This document shows positions 12,036-23,866 of a stretch of 64,000 nt of DNA, in pieces (within the stretch, counting starts at the first letter, position 1; the number at the start of each line of letters is the position of its first letter). The DNA is from Histomonas meleagridis 2922-C6/04-290x. Taxonomy: Eukaryota > Protista > Parabasalia. The notes beneath the pieces were generated by a model. The model searched no databases and was not told the origin of the DNA. It saw only the letters and a list, made by a program, of their open reading frames with translations. Made by a program: the position numbers and the translations under genes. The DNA lies in contig JAANOX010000087.1 of the NCBI GenBank assembly GCA_020184695.1, positions 248,001 to 312,000 of the forward strand, in the 5' to 3' direction.

Positions 12036-13186
12036 TCATTTATGTTTAGCAAAAAATTCTTTTTCAATTTCTGATTGTTTATGAGGAGTATTGCCTCGGA
12101 GAAATGAAGCAGGAATTTCATCTTGATATGAACGTTGCCCAGGAACGGTAAAAAGTACTTTATACTTATTTGTTTTAGGATTAAATGATAAAATTTTCTC
12201 AACAGAACCAACCCATTTACCAGGAATAGTTGACGCCCATTTAATATTATTTGGTTTATTCTTACCAATAGGTATTAGTTTGTATCTTGGTTTAGTAATT
12301 ACTGTTCCGTCTTGAGCAATTAAAACGTATATGTTTCCTTTCCGTTCATCAATTTTATAACATTCACGACTTATTTGAAATCTTTTTTTAGTTATGCCAT
12401 TATGACGCGGTAATATATAGCGTACAAAAAGAGCCAACAGGAAGAATTAAATTCTTAATACATTTTTGTTTTTCAGAATATTCTAAACATTTAAATATAT
12501 ATTCTTTTTCTAAATCTTTATTATCAAACATTTCTTTTGGAGAACAACCGATGGCTGAATGGTAAGTATTGTTGTAAGTATTCAGAAACTTTTTCATTCT
12601 TTCTGGAGTAATAAATGTGTATTTTTCATCATGTGATTGATGTTTTGACTTTTCCGATGGAGTGTTCATATCTCTTATTGTTCGCATGAATCTATCAATA
12701 ATACCTAAAGACGAATGGTTTTTGTCTGATATAGTATGAACGGCAACTTTATTATCAGAAAGAAGTTTTAAATTATTCTTTTCAATAAATGCTGGTTCTT
12801 CATCTGACGTTAATTTTACCGGATGGAATTTTTCAATAAATCGTTTTAATGTTTCATGAACTGCTCCAGCTGACTTTGACATTAACGGCAGACAATGAAC
12901 ATATCTATTATTTGTGCCAATAAACACGTGCCAATAACGAGGATTTTTATTTTTTCCATTATCATATAAATCATGGCACCAGCAATTTGGAACAGTTGAA
13001 AATATTTTTATCATATAAGGTTTTATATCTTTTGTTTTAATAAATTTATCCTTCAATCTCCTTGATATTACTTTTTTAATTATCTTTTCACTAACATTTG
13101 GAAATTTATTTTGCACGTGTTTTTTTAACGTGACTGTAAGTTTTAAAATGTGTTTTGTCAATTTCTTTGTTAACGTTTAGACTCAT
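12036..13186 (-). pseudogene. Retroviral-type (rve) integrase of the Maverick, two frameshifts
   Basis: CWCHDL, LTSDEEPAF, SLGIIDRFMRTIR and YNNTYHSAIGCSP. ORFs 12400..13161 and 12036..12437 join at VGSF|VRYILP; probable ATG at 13186. Confidence 0.85.
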
Positions 13187-13220
13187 TTAAGAGTTATTAA
13201 AACGTTTTTAATTATATTAA

Positions 13221-13700
13221 ATGGGATTAGGTCGTATATTCGGTGGAATAAGAAAATTTATTCAAAATGCAGGACGACTTGTAAGAAAAGTTATTGATAA
13301 AGGAAAGAGAATTTACGGTAAGGTCTCGCCAATAATCAGTCGAGGAATTGAATTTGGTAAAAAGATTCCAGGAATAATTGATACAGTAAGAAAGCGTAAA
13401 GGAGATATAACAGATAAAATAGATAAAATAGTTGATGCCGTACCTGACGGTAAGATTAAAGACAAAATAAGACAAGCAGTTGAAAAAGGCAAAGAAGTAG
13501 CCGATAGAGTAATCGATACAGGTCAAAAGATTTCGGATAAAACTCAACCTTGGATTCAAGCAGGAGGAAAAATTTATGGTCAGTTAACAAAACCAAAATA
13601 TACCGGTGATGTGATACTTGGAGGAAGAAGATATGGTGCCGGTCAACCTCGACCCGCAGTGATGCCTTATGCTCCGGGAGATACTAAGTTTGCATCTTAA
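13221..13700 (+). CDS. Small basic protein with N-terminal Met-Gly and amphipathic helices (putative virion protein)
   Basis: Intact 159-aa ORF starting MGLGRIFGGIRKFIQNAGRLVRKVIDKG. Function is inferred only. Confidence 0.55.
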   Translation: MGLGRIFGGIRKFIQNAGRLVRKVIDKGKRIYGKVSPIISRGIEFGKKIPGIIDTVRKRKGDITDKIDKIVDAVPDGKIKDKIRQAVEKGKEVADRVIDTGQKISDKTQPWIQAGGKIYGQLTKPKYTGDVILGGRRYGAGQPRPAVMPYAPGDTKFAS

Positions 13701-13736
13701 AATAAAATGAATTTTTTTCATTTTTATATTTAATAA

Positions 13737-14370
13737 ATGACTGATACAGAGAATGAAGTTTTGAGTCACGAAACTGAAACAGAAATTGTTTTGGGAGAGG
13801 AAACCGAAAATGTTGATGAAGAAAAAACATCTGATGTTAAGATAACAAAGAAAGCAGTCTCGCCGAGGCTCGATCCTTCCAAAAGGTCGGTAAAAGATTT
13901 AACACAAGAAGAAAAAGAAATTATAATTGCTAATGCTAAAAAGTGAATTGAAAATGAATTCTGTGACGTCAAATTTTTCAAGAACGGTAACGCTAGAGTT
14001 ATAGCAAAGAAATCAAAAAAATTCCAACGGTAAGTCAAAAAAAGTAATAAAAAACAACAACGACGGTAAAGTTTATTTATCAAACGACCAATTATTAATG
14101 GAGCATATAATTGAATTAAATTCAAGATTAGATAAATTAACAGGTAAGCATAAAAAGCTTAAGAAGAAATACAGAAGTTTAAAGAATGACATTTATATTG
14201 ACTCAGAAGAAATTCCAACAGTTGAACAAACAAAGAATGAAGAACAAAATGAAGAACAAGAACAAAAGGAAGTTATATTTTCGTCCGAAGCTCAAGTTTC
14301 TGAACCTCAAGAACAAATTTATAACGTGCCGGTACAACGCGGATGGAGAGCAAGAGTTCAATATTTATAA
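13737..14370 (+). pseudogene. Maverick hypothetical acidic/coiled-coil gene with internal stop and frameshift
   Basis: ORF 13737..13946 reads through TGA into IENEFCDVKFFKNGNARV; ORF 14098..14370 continues the gene. Confidence 0.5.
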
Positions 14371-14393
14371 ATCAATATTTTTATTTTTATAAA

Positions 14394-16142
14394 ATGACAA
14401 AGAAAGCAGTCAAACGTAGAATTAGAAAAAAACAAAGAAAAATGTTAAACGTGGATTAAGGCATTTTGCTATCGCAAAGTTCGCACGCGAATCGACTAAT
14501 TACTCAAGCACCAACAATTAACCCAAACGCTAGTGTTAGATCAAATATTCTTCCCTTACCGCAAAATCAAAATAGTAGTTCTGCTAGGTCACAAATGATG
14601 GCAAATTTACAAAATCCATTTCTTCCTGTTGCTTTATCACAAACTCCACAAAATATTAATCTTGACGCAATACATAATATGAGAAATCAAAACGATGTTC
14701 GTCAACAACAAATTAATGATACGCGAAGAGAGAAACAAGATGAATTAGCAAGAAAAAAGAATTTGGATGAACAAGAAAGAAATATGAAAAAGCCACAAAA
14801 GCTGCTGAGGCAAAGTATAACGAAGATAAGCAAAAACGTGAAATGGCAGAAAGGGAGGTTGAACGTCAGCATGAATTAGCAAACATAGCTCAACAAGAAA
14901 CTGAACGTTACGCAAAAGCTTTGGCAGAACTTAAAAAAACTCAGTATAGAGGCGACATTGATTTATAAAAAGATCAAAACGCAACAATTCAAGCTCAATT
15001 AGCTGAAGCAAAAATGCTTACTATTGAACGCCAACATGAAATAGAAGCTAATGAACAAATGCGAATTAAAAAATAGCTTGCAACGTGAGTTAGAAAAAGT
15101 AAAGAATGAAAATGAAACTTTACAGAAAGTTTTAAAATCAGAAGATTATAAGAATGCAAATGAAATGCGAGCACAGACACAATATGAATTAGAAAGAGCA
15201 CGTTATGAAAATGAACTATTAAAAGCTCAAAATGAAGCTAAAATAAAATTTGAACAAGAAAGAATTAAAAGAATAACAGCATTAACTCCGGAGCAATATC
15301 AGGCGTTAGATAGTCAGTACATAACAAGCATTAATGGTTTATATCAACAACAACTTGCTGAAGAAGAAAAACAACGACCTGGATTAAGAGCAAGAGCAAG
15401 ATTTGAAAGATTGAAAGAAGCGGAAATTGAGCAACAACGAAAAACAGTTGATGAAGAAATTAAAGCACAAGAATTAGGAGCATATCAAACAGCCGTAGGA
15501 CCAAAACCAGAAATAAGCAAGACGCACAAAGAATCGATTGTTAAGAACGCTAAGAAAAAAGTTCAAACAAAGGAACGTGAAAAAGAAATTAAAAGAAGAG
15601 AGGAATTACAAGCAACCGAAGAAAATAAAATAGCTCTTGATGCTGAATTAGAATATTTAAATTCTGCCGAACATAAAGCACAAATACAGAAAAATACAAA
15701 TTTGAAAATAGCAACGTTACAAAATCAAAGAAGAGCTCAAGACGCTGAGTTAGCGAACGAGTATACAAAAAAAGCAATGGAAAGTCAAGCACAAATTGAA
15801 ATACAACAACAAATGTTTAGCGGTAATCTATCACCGACAAGAAAATTAGCAATAACAAATCAATTACAAGCAGATATTGCACAACAAGTTGTAAATCAAA
15901 ATAATCAAAGAATACAACTTGAATATAATATTGATGCTTTGATTAATTCAATTGGAGATGATAGATTTAATCAATTTTTAGCAGAAAATCAACATAAATA
16001 TGCTGGATTTACTAGAACAAATAAGAGTCAATTAGCACCTGATTTACTACTTCAATTTTATAATGATTTAAGAACTTTTTCTAATAGAAGATTGTTACCG
16101 TTAACAAATACAGTAACGATTGAAGACTTAGATTCTAATTGA
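14394..16142 (+). pseudogene. Long Q/E/K-rich coiled-coil Maverick protein, frameshifted
   Basis: ORFs 14466..14879 and 15051..16142 share composition and are bridged by shifted frames; ATG at 14394 follows TATAAA. Confidence 0.55.
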
Positions 16143-16168
16143 TGTTTTGATTTTTTTATCACTATAAA

Positions 16169-17780
16169 ATGTTTGCACCACAAAATCAACAGCCAAATGT
16201 TATTGATGCAATGACTGGAAACCTTCAAGATTGGTATAATGAAGTTGATGAAGCAGTTAAAGCTTCTGAAATCATTCCGGGAAATTATGAATACACGACA
16301 GCTACTTCTTACGGCAATGTTGGAGACATAAACGAGGGAGACACAAAATACGTTGACATTTTTCACGGATAGATTTAAGATTATTGGTTTAGATAATTCA
16401 TATATTACTTTAGAACAAGAAGTACCAATTACCGTTCCGTCACAATCAAATCTTTTGTTTAAAGAATATTATGTCGGTTATAAATGTTCATGCGATGCTA
16501 TAGATCAATACAGAATTTATTCAAACACAGATAAAATTCAAGACGTTCATAACGCAAGGTATGAATGGTTCATGCTTTCTAATTCTCTGTCGGATGAAGC
16601 TAAAGCCGGTAATGATTGTTTCGCAACTATTGATAAAATCAGAGCTCATGATTCAATGGTTCCTGGCGTTTACTGTGACTTTAGCGCTATTACCTCAGCA
16701 AAAGAAGTTATAGTTAAGATTCCATTAAGAATTCCAATAAGTTATTTCTTGTTATTATTTAATATGCGATATTATCCTAACTGGAGCGGTAAGCTTTCAA
16801 TCGAACTGATGCCTTCATATCAAAATATTGTTATTGCTCCTGTATGCGATCATGAATCATTAGTTGCTGCAAAAGCTGTAGTTGAAGGAGATTATTTATG
16901 CGACCTTGGATTTAGAAATGTTAATGAATCAGTAAAGAGTAACATTAAAGTCACGGGAACTGATACAAAAGTTTACGCAACAATGGATGCTCCTCAAAAA
17001 TTTGTTTGCAATTCACAAATTACAAAAGATGTAAAAATTAAGCTTGCTACATATCTTTTGAAAATGGATGTGTTTAATGCACTTGCTGCAAAATATATTC
17101 AAGTTCCGATGCTGTTTCCGATTCACGTTTGCCAAATAAGAGATTTCACTCAACCGCTCGGAGATAATTTAACAGCCGCACCAACATCATTTAATACTGC
17201 TGCAACAATAGGACTTAAACATTGTGATACTATGTTTACTGTATTCAGACAAAGTCAATATTCACGTACATGCTTCTTGAATCCACAAATAAGATATAGT
17301 TTTAATATTGACGGTAAAATCTATCCGAGAGAAGCATATGAAACCGTTGATGACCCAAGAAATCTTAATATGTTACTTGATGCTGTGAATCTTAATGGAA
17401 GCCTTTTGAGTTCATTAGCAAAAGATATTAAAACGTCAGTTCAACCGTATTATTATAAGAATAAATATGATGCTTCAGGCGTTAATACTCAAACAAGAGC
17501 TTGGCATGGTAAAGATAATTCTAATTTCTTCATAGGATTACCGTTCGCTGAAGGTGAGGACTTCATGGGTGGAATATCAACCACTGGAACAGTTCAGATT
17601 GAATTATTCGGAGATAGATTAGCTAATACTGCAATGAAAAATGTAACGTATATCGCACCAACAGGAATATACTTTGAAGACGCATTATTGAAAGTTAGAG
17701 CAATGAAACCTGACGGTAGAAGTCAAATTGAAATTACCAACGCATCAATCGAGCAACTTGTAGCAGGAATGGCTCGCTAA
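16169..17780 (+). CDS. Putative major capsid protein (double jelly-roll), one frameshift near 16365
   Basis: About 540 aa when ORFs 16169..16372 and 16353..17780 are joined; beta-rich; size and context in a Polinton fit. No profile search was possible. Confidence 0.55.
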
Positions 17781-17982
17781 GATTTTTAGTTTGATTGTTT
17801 AATGTATCATTTATTTTTGAAGGTTAAAAAATCACAAAAAGTTAACCTCTCAGTAACTCGAGCAAACATGCAATATTCATGTCAAATCATCCGAAAAATG
17901 CTCATTTTATCCGTTTCGTTGAGGGTTAGAAAAAGGGTTCATTTTTTTATTTTTTTAACCCTCAAAAAATAAATGGTACTTT

Positions 17983-18336
17983 TTAACATTTAACGCCAAA
18001 ATTATTTGGTAATTCGTCTTCACCTTCAGCAACTGTAATTTCACAATTGCCTGGATTCCACATTAATATGAATCTTCCTTTTGCTGTATTTGGCATTGGC
18101 TCGTAAATCTTAACATTAATTCCACAATAGACATTATATAATGATTCCAAACCGAAACGTTTCGCTCTTTTAAACATTTCAGGACGTACAGCAATTACAT
18201 ATTTATATATTACGCAATCATTAATGTAGAAATAAATATTTTCTATAAACGGTAATTGTTTTGTTGTTATCTTTTTTGTAAGTTTTAGATGTTTGATGTA
18301 ATCGAAAATATTTAATGGAATCAGAGATTCTTCCAT
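17983..18336 (-). CDS. Maverick hypothetical protein
   Basis: Intact 117-aa ORF with TTAAATG start context. Confidence 0.5.
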   Translation of the reverse strand: MEESLIPLNIFDYIKHLKLTKKITTKQLPFIENIYFYINDCVIYKYVIAVRPEMFKRAKRFGLESLYNVYCGINVKIYEPMPNTAKGRFILMWNPGNCEITVAEGEDELPNNFGVKC

Positions 18337-18373
18337 TTAATAACAGTAAAAATAATTTTTTATCACTTAAAAA

Positions 18374-18958
18374 ATGTCAGTTCCTAAAAGTAGTGTTTTA
18401 TCTTGCAATCGAGGATTTCTTGCAAGAGTCGGAACAAATTTAAATTCTCCGAAACAAAGTCAAAGTCAAAACGTTAATGTTGTGGTAAAAGGAGTATCAA
18501 ATCCTTATGAAAATGTAGCGGTTTATCCTAATGTTAATGCAACAGAAAATAATCCTGATGTCAAAGAACGCTCAGTTGAAACCGCTAATGAAACTTTAAC
18601 TAATCTTGAGCAAATAATTCACGACAAAGATTTATTAATCCAAGCGTTAGTGTTATGTTTAGATATTGTAGAAAATAATCCTTTAATAGTTAATAAATAT
18701 GTAATTGCCGAGGAAGAAGAGTTAGTTAAACTTGTTCAATTATTATGTGATACTCAAGAAGTTGAGTTAGTGAAGGCGGACACCGACGCCGGATGTTGCA
18801 AAAGCTCAACGTTAGATTATGTATCAAAAATATATGTAAAGAAAGACGGTAATACTTATAATTTGAAATATAATTACTCTGACGTCTGTGAATTCTTAAG
18901 CGAAAGAAAAATATCAACAAAATTTGTTAAGTCATCAGGAAAAATAAGTTATAAATAA
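18374..18958 (+). CDS. Maverick hypothetical protein
   Basis: Intact 194-aa ORF. Confidence 0.55.
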   Translation: MSVPKSSVLSCNRGFLARVGTNLNSPKQSQSQNVNVVVKGVSNPYENVAVYPNVNATENNPDVKERSVETANETLTNLEQIIHDKDLLIQALVLCLDIVENNPLIVNKYVIAEEEELVKLVQLLCDTQEVELVKADTDAGCCKSSTLDYVSKIYVKKDGNTYNLKYNYSDVCEFLSERKISTKFVKSSGKISYK

Positions 18959-18960
18959 AT

Positions 18961-19521
18961 TCAGTCGAAACCATAAATTCTTTTGAATTTTGCATAATAA
19001 ATCTGAACTTGTTTATTATTAATATCGCGTGCATAAACTAAAGCATAACCGCGCTTATCATAGCAAATGTTCAATTTTCTGAACTGCAAACCGTTCCAAA
19101 AGTAAAACGAATCTGTTTCATTGTCATAGTAATAATCCTCAAATAGATAATTGTTATACTCTCTAACTTCAATTGAATCTTCGTTAATTTCATCAAAATA
19201 TTCATAATCTTTCCCAAGGTATGATGATTTATTTGAATTATTTTCTGATGAAGAAACCCAGCGGAGATTATTAATGCGAAAATCTGTTCTGTCATGATTA
19301 ATATGATCTATAAAAGGTTTATTATCAGGATTTGGTATAAATTGTAATGCTATTATTCTATGTTTATAATATTTTCTGCGGTTTAAACAACAGCGAACGT
19401 ATCCTGTGTTTTTTTCGACATATTCCTTAATGATTCTTTTATTTGATTTTCTTCTTATTTGAAACGGAAATTCTGTGAATATTTGATAATCAGCATCTGC
19501 AACACAATCAATCCAACTCAT
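18961..19521 (-). CDS. HNH endonuclease
   Basis: KHRIIALQFIPNPDNKPFIDHINHDRTDFRINNLRWV; intact 186-aa ORF. Confidence 0.85.
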   Translation of the reverse strand: MSWIDCVADADYQIFTEFPFQIRRKSNKRIIKEYVEKNTGYVRCCLNRRKYYKHRIIALQFIPNPDNKPFIDHINHDRTDFRINNLRWVSSSENNSNKSSYLGKDYEYFDEINEDSIEVREYNNYLFEDYYYDNETDSFYFWNGLQFRKLNICYDKRGYALVYARDINNKQVQIYYAKFKRIYGFD

Positions 19522-19610
19522 TCTATTTTATAGAAAATAAAAAAATAAATTTTTTTAAAATTAGCTTTAATTTTTTATTTTGCAAAATCAGCCGAAAAAT
19601 AAATTTTTTT

Positions 19611-21878
19611 TTAGTTCATACTTATCAATTTCTTTATTGGATCACTTGAATTTTCACAGTATTGTTTTATTTTTGGCGTGCAGTGATAGTAATAACTTCC
19701 GTCTTCATGCTTACCGATAAAATTTTCGGGAGATTTAAAATACACTTCAGTGAAAACGTGCTCAATCTTGAACTTACCGAGTTCATTACCAATAAATCCT
19801 TTATCTTTTAGTAATTTAAAATCTTCCTCCGACACTAACGCAGAATCAACCTTTGAGTAATAAACTTTCACAAGATCTTTTATAAGATTCATTTTTTCAT
19901 TAAAATTATCTAATACACTTTTTGCAAATTGTGGATAAGTGAAACATTCGACATAAGGATTAATTGTATCAACAAACCCTGAAATTCCATCTGCATTATA
20001 AGTGTATTTTAATACATAAGGTGCGAATTCATCAATATACTTATTAACGTTATTTACAAATTTATGTTTTATAACTTTTGGTTTTTGAATCGAAAATCCC
20101 CAGCAGCTGTTCATCAAGAATTTCAGCGTGATTGATAATTTCTCTTTTCCGGATAATTTGGCTTGCATTCTTTCTTCATATAATTTTTCTATTAGCTCTT
20201 TTATTTTTGTGTTTTCTTCTTTAAACTTTCCGTTAGCATCAGGTAATCCAGCAGGAATTGATTGAACACTTGACATATACGCACCGCATTGATCAATATA
20301 ATAAAGTTTTTGTTTTAAATAAATCTTATTCCAAATAATTTTTGGAAAATGAATTTCAGATCTTATTTTATCTGCAATCTCTCCAGAAAATGAATATACA
20401 TTATCAAAACATCCGAACTCAAACATTATCTTTTTGCATTAATTCAGAAAATTTATAATATCTTGATACATTAATTCTTTTTCTTAATTTCAACGAATCA
20501 ATAACTTCTTGAAGTTCTTTTAATCTCTCCGGGATTTCATTTTCTTCTGGAATGTATCCAAAGAAACTTTTTGTTTGAGGCGTCTGCTGGAGCAGACTTG
20601 TCTGCGACTTAACTTTTTTAGAATAAATCGATAAAGGTTTTTTATCAGTAACAAATATTTTTCTATAAGAGTTAAAAGATTTATTTTTTGATTTCTTATA
20701 ACTCCATGAAAGTTTATTTATTGTTTGTTGATTCATTGGCATTAAAAGTTTATGTTGTATCATTAAATAAATCAAACTTCTTATACCCAAACATTTTTTA
20801 GAAAATGAATATCTTTTGTCGTCAAACTTTAATAACATCATTTTTCTGTTATGATTTTTAAATCTTGAATCAGCATTTATTTTATCATAATTCTTTATAT
20901 AACATTCTGAAACATTAACTTTAGAATTTAGCACCAAAAACCTTTACGCGTGTATGTTTGGTTTCTGGATAAAATATTTTGACTTCAATTTTGATTTTCA
21001 ATAAATCAGAAATTCTCTTTAACTCACTTCTTGGAACAGTTCGCGTTTGAATAAAGCTCTTCAGTAATTCTAACTCTTCATCTTTCAATACTTCTGAAGC
21101 AATAAATGCTTGAATTAAACATGATTCATTTATATTAGAATCATTAACGTCTGTAAATATTCCAAATCTTCTTAAATCAATATCTGATGTGTTGATGTAA
21201 GGAAAGAATCCTGGATTTATTCTCTTTCCTTTCTTGAAATCTCTAAATTCAAAATGAATGGTTTTAATAAATAACATATGTTCAAATACAACATCATTTG
21301 TATCACCAATGATTCTTTCATTATTTAATCCAGCACGTAAAAATTCAACTGTATTTTTGTTTGCATGCAAATATTGTTCTCTTCCGTCTTCATCAATTAA
21401 AGTCATTTTAATATCTTTATTAATTTTAGTACCACATGTTTCAATCGCATACATCAAAGCAGAAAGAAATGTATCAATACTTGATTTGTTTTCAAATGTA
21501 AAATCTTTTTGCTTCATTAAATTTTTGGTTATTTTATTTGTTAAATTATATACTTCACGTTTAAAATCTTCTGATTCATTTTTGAAAAATCCATCTTTCT
21601 TTTTACTGAAACGTTCGAATGAATCTTTATTTTTCGGTTCATTATCACTTAAAGGAAGATTCATTAAATTATTAATTTCTTCCGGGAATATATTCAGATC
21701 TTCCTCTTGATATTTTATATCTTAATTGATTAACACTCAATCTTTTATAACTTTGATGTTGTTCGTCATAAACTTCAAGCGGTGTTGAAGTATTTCTATA
21801 AACAAAATTTTTCGGTAAAGTGTAACCGTATTTTTCAAATAAATTTCTAACTTCTTTTTTGTCTAATTTTTTTGGCAT
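19611..21878 (-). pseudogene. Family-B (protein-primed type) DNA polymerase, fragmented and degenerate
   Basis: Four abutting ORFs. The C-terminal one has YYIDQCGAY (motif A-like), KFLMNSCWG (KxxxNSxYG-like) and YYSKVDS (YxDTDS-like). Confidence 0.7.
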
Positions 21879-21918
21879 TTTATCAAAAATAAAAAAATAA
21901 TTTTTTTTAAAACTAAGT

Positions 21919-22479
21919 TTAATTTTTTTCTGAAATTAATTCTTTATACTGCTCTTTAGTAAGAAATATATGGTTATTTTGTAAAGCAAAAATCATTCCT
22001 TGATTTATTGCATCAGCTATATCATCTTGCTTTTTATATTTTTCAAAATTATATGGCATCTGAAATGAACTCCAAGCATTAAAATAATTTTCTTCAACAT
22101 TCTTTAAAAAGTTTCTTGCAATATTAACGCTTAGTTTCTTATGAGCTTTATTTTTGATGTTATATTCTAAACCTAAATATAAAAAAAATTTTTCTTTCGG
22201 ATCAAATAAATGAACATTAACATTAAAGGTTAATGAAAGAGTAATGATACTATACATTAATTCCATGGCAACAGTATTTCCCGGGAATTGTTTTTCAATT
22301 ACTACTATATCAATATTATTATTTCTTATTATATTTCCAATATTTCGATTTATTAATCTGCATCTTTCGATGGCATTTTTGGTTTTTGATATATCGATAA
22401 CATCAAAAGTAATAGCAGGAAAAGTAATGATGGCGTAAGCAAGATTTTTAACTCCAATATCGATTGATAGTATCGGCAT
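21919..22479 (-). CDS. RuvC-fold Holliday junction resolvase, poxvirus A22-like
   Basis: ILSIDIGVKNLAY, VVIEKQ and KKQDDIADA carry the acidic catalytic pattern of the A22/RuvC family. Confidence 0.8.
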   Translation of the reverse strand: MPILSIDIGVKNLAYAIITFPAITFDVIDISKTKNAIERCRLINRNIGNIIRNNNIDIVVIEKQFPGNTVAMELMYSIITLSLTFNVNVHLFDPKEKFFLYLGLEYNIKNKAHKKLSVNIARNFLKNVEENYFNAWSSFQMPYNFEKYKKQDDIADAINQGMIFALQNNHIFLTKEQYKELISEKN

Positions 22480-22506
22480 TTAAGAGGAATAAAAAAAATT
22501 ATTTTT

Positions 22507-22926
22507 TTATTTTATTTTTGTAGCATAAAGTGTATTATGAACGTTTGTTATTTTCCAATTTCCTGTTTCCTCAAGCATTCCTTTAATCTCATCTTTCCGA
22601 ATCATACGCTTTTTAACTGCTTTCCACATTTTAACGATTGACATAACAGGAATTCTTTCTTTATTTGGAAAATACTCTTTAACAAAATCATTAATATTCT
22701 CTTTATCTTCTATTTCATCAACTTCTTCTTGAATCCTTTTAATTTCATCTTGTAATCTTTCTTCCGCTTCTTTTCTTCTATCTTCTATATCTTCTAATGA
22801 ATATTCATATTCTTTCATCAATTTTTCACATTTATCACATTTCAGTGAATGATACTTAGCGTTGAAATTATAAACTTCAGCCGAAAAATTCATTGAAGCT
22901 TCAATAACTTTATCAACATCATACAT
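22507..22926 (-). CDS. Maverick hypothetical protein (coiled coil plus small C-terminal domain)
   Basis: 139-aa ORF. Confidence 0.45.
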   Translation of the reverse strand: MYDVDKVIEASMNFSAEVYNFNAKYHSLKCDKCEKLMKEYEYSLEDIEDRRKEAEERLQDEIKRIQEEVDEIEDKENINDFVKEYFPNKERIPVMSIVKMWKAVKKRMIRKDEIKGMLEETGNWKITNVHNTLYATKIK

Positions 22927-23572
22927 TTCAATATTAAACTCATTAAATTCCTTTCCTCTTAAATCTTTATTTTTAATTCGCCAGCAATACTCAGCTAATA
23001 ATTTATAAAAATCATCAATTATCTTTAATTCAGACCTTTTACGTAATTTTAAGGCATCAGCATTATATGTTAATGCTTTACGTTCGAGTGCTGAGTGATT
23101 ACAAGAAAAGGTTTGAGTTTTTCTGTTAATTTTTTTCTAATTAACGCGTTTTATTTCTGTTGAATCACTTTTTTCAATTTCAATTTTTGGAAAACTTTTG
23201 ACTGAAACATCAAGTGTTAATTCAGGAATACTTACAGCAGGAATTGATTTTGCAAATTCTAAAATTTGTTCTAAATATTGTTGATTTCTTTCTAATTTAA
23301 CTTCAACGGGAAGTTGATGATTTAAGATTTTATTTTTATATTCTTTAATAGTATTTGAATAATCATTTACTGAATCATTAATTTTATTTTTCAATCTTTA
23401 TATTATTTAATTTAGTTAAGCATAGAGCAGACGTTTGATTTTCCGAAACAAGAGCAGAACAAGAATTTTTCATTAACATTTTTATAGAAATTAAAAAAAT
23501 AAATTTTTTATAAATTAGCATTATTTTTTTAAAGTTAATTTTTATTTTTTTTATTTTTTTATTTTATATAAA

Positions 23573-23866
23573 ATGGAAAGATTTTTTGATATAAAGAAAA
23601 TAAATGAAAATATTGACGAAGAAATAGAAACTGCAAAAATTCATTTAAATGAATTATATATTCATTTAATGACTATATTTATTGTAGAAAATGATTTAAT
23701 AGAAAAATCACCATTAGAAATTTGTAAACAATATTTAGAAATTAACGAACCGAAGGATAAAAGAAGTAAAAAGAATAAAAATATTATTGCAGAACAACAT
23801 AAAAAAATAAATGAAGTGTTAATTTATGTGAATGAATCATTAAAAAAAAATTCGCGATATTATTGA
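23573..23866 (+). CDS. Maverick hypothetical protein
   Basis: 97-aa ORF with TATAAAATG start context. Confidence 0.45.
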   Translation: MERFFDIKKINENIDEEIETAKIHLNELYIHLMTIFIVENDLIEKSPLEICKQYLEINEPKDKRSKKNKNIIAEQHKKINEVLIYVNESLKKNSRYY

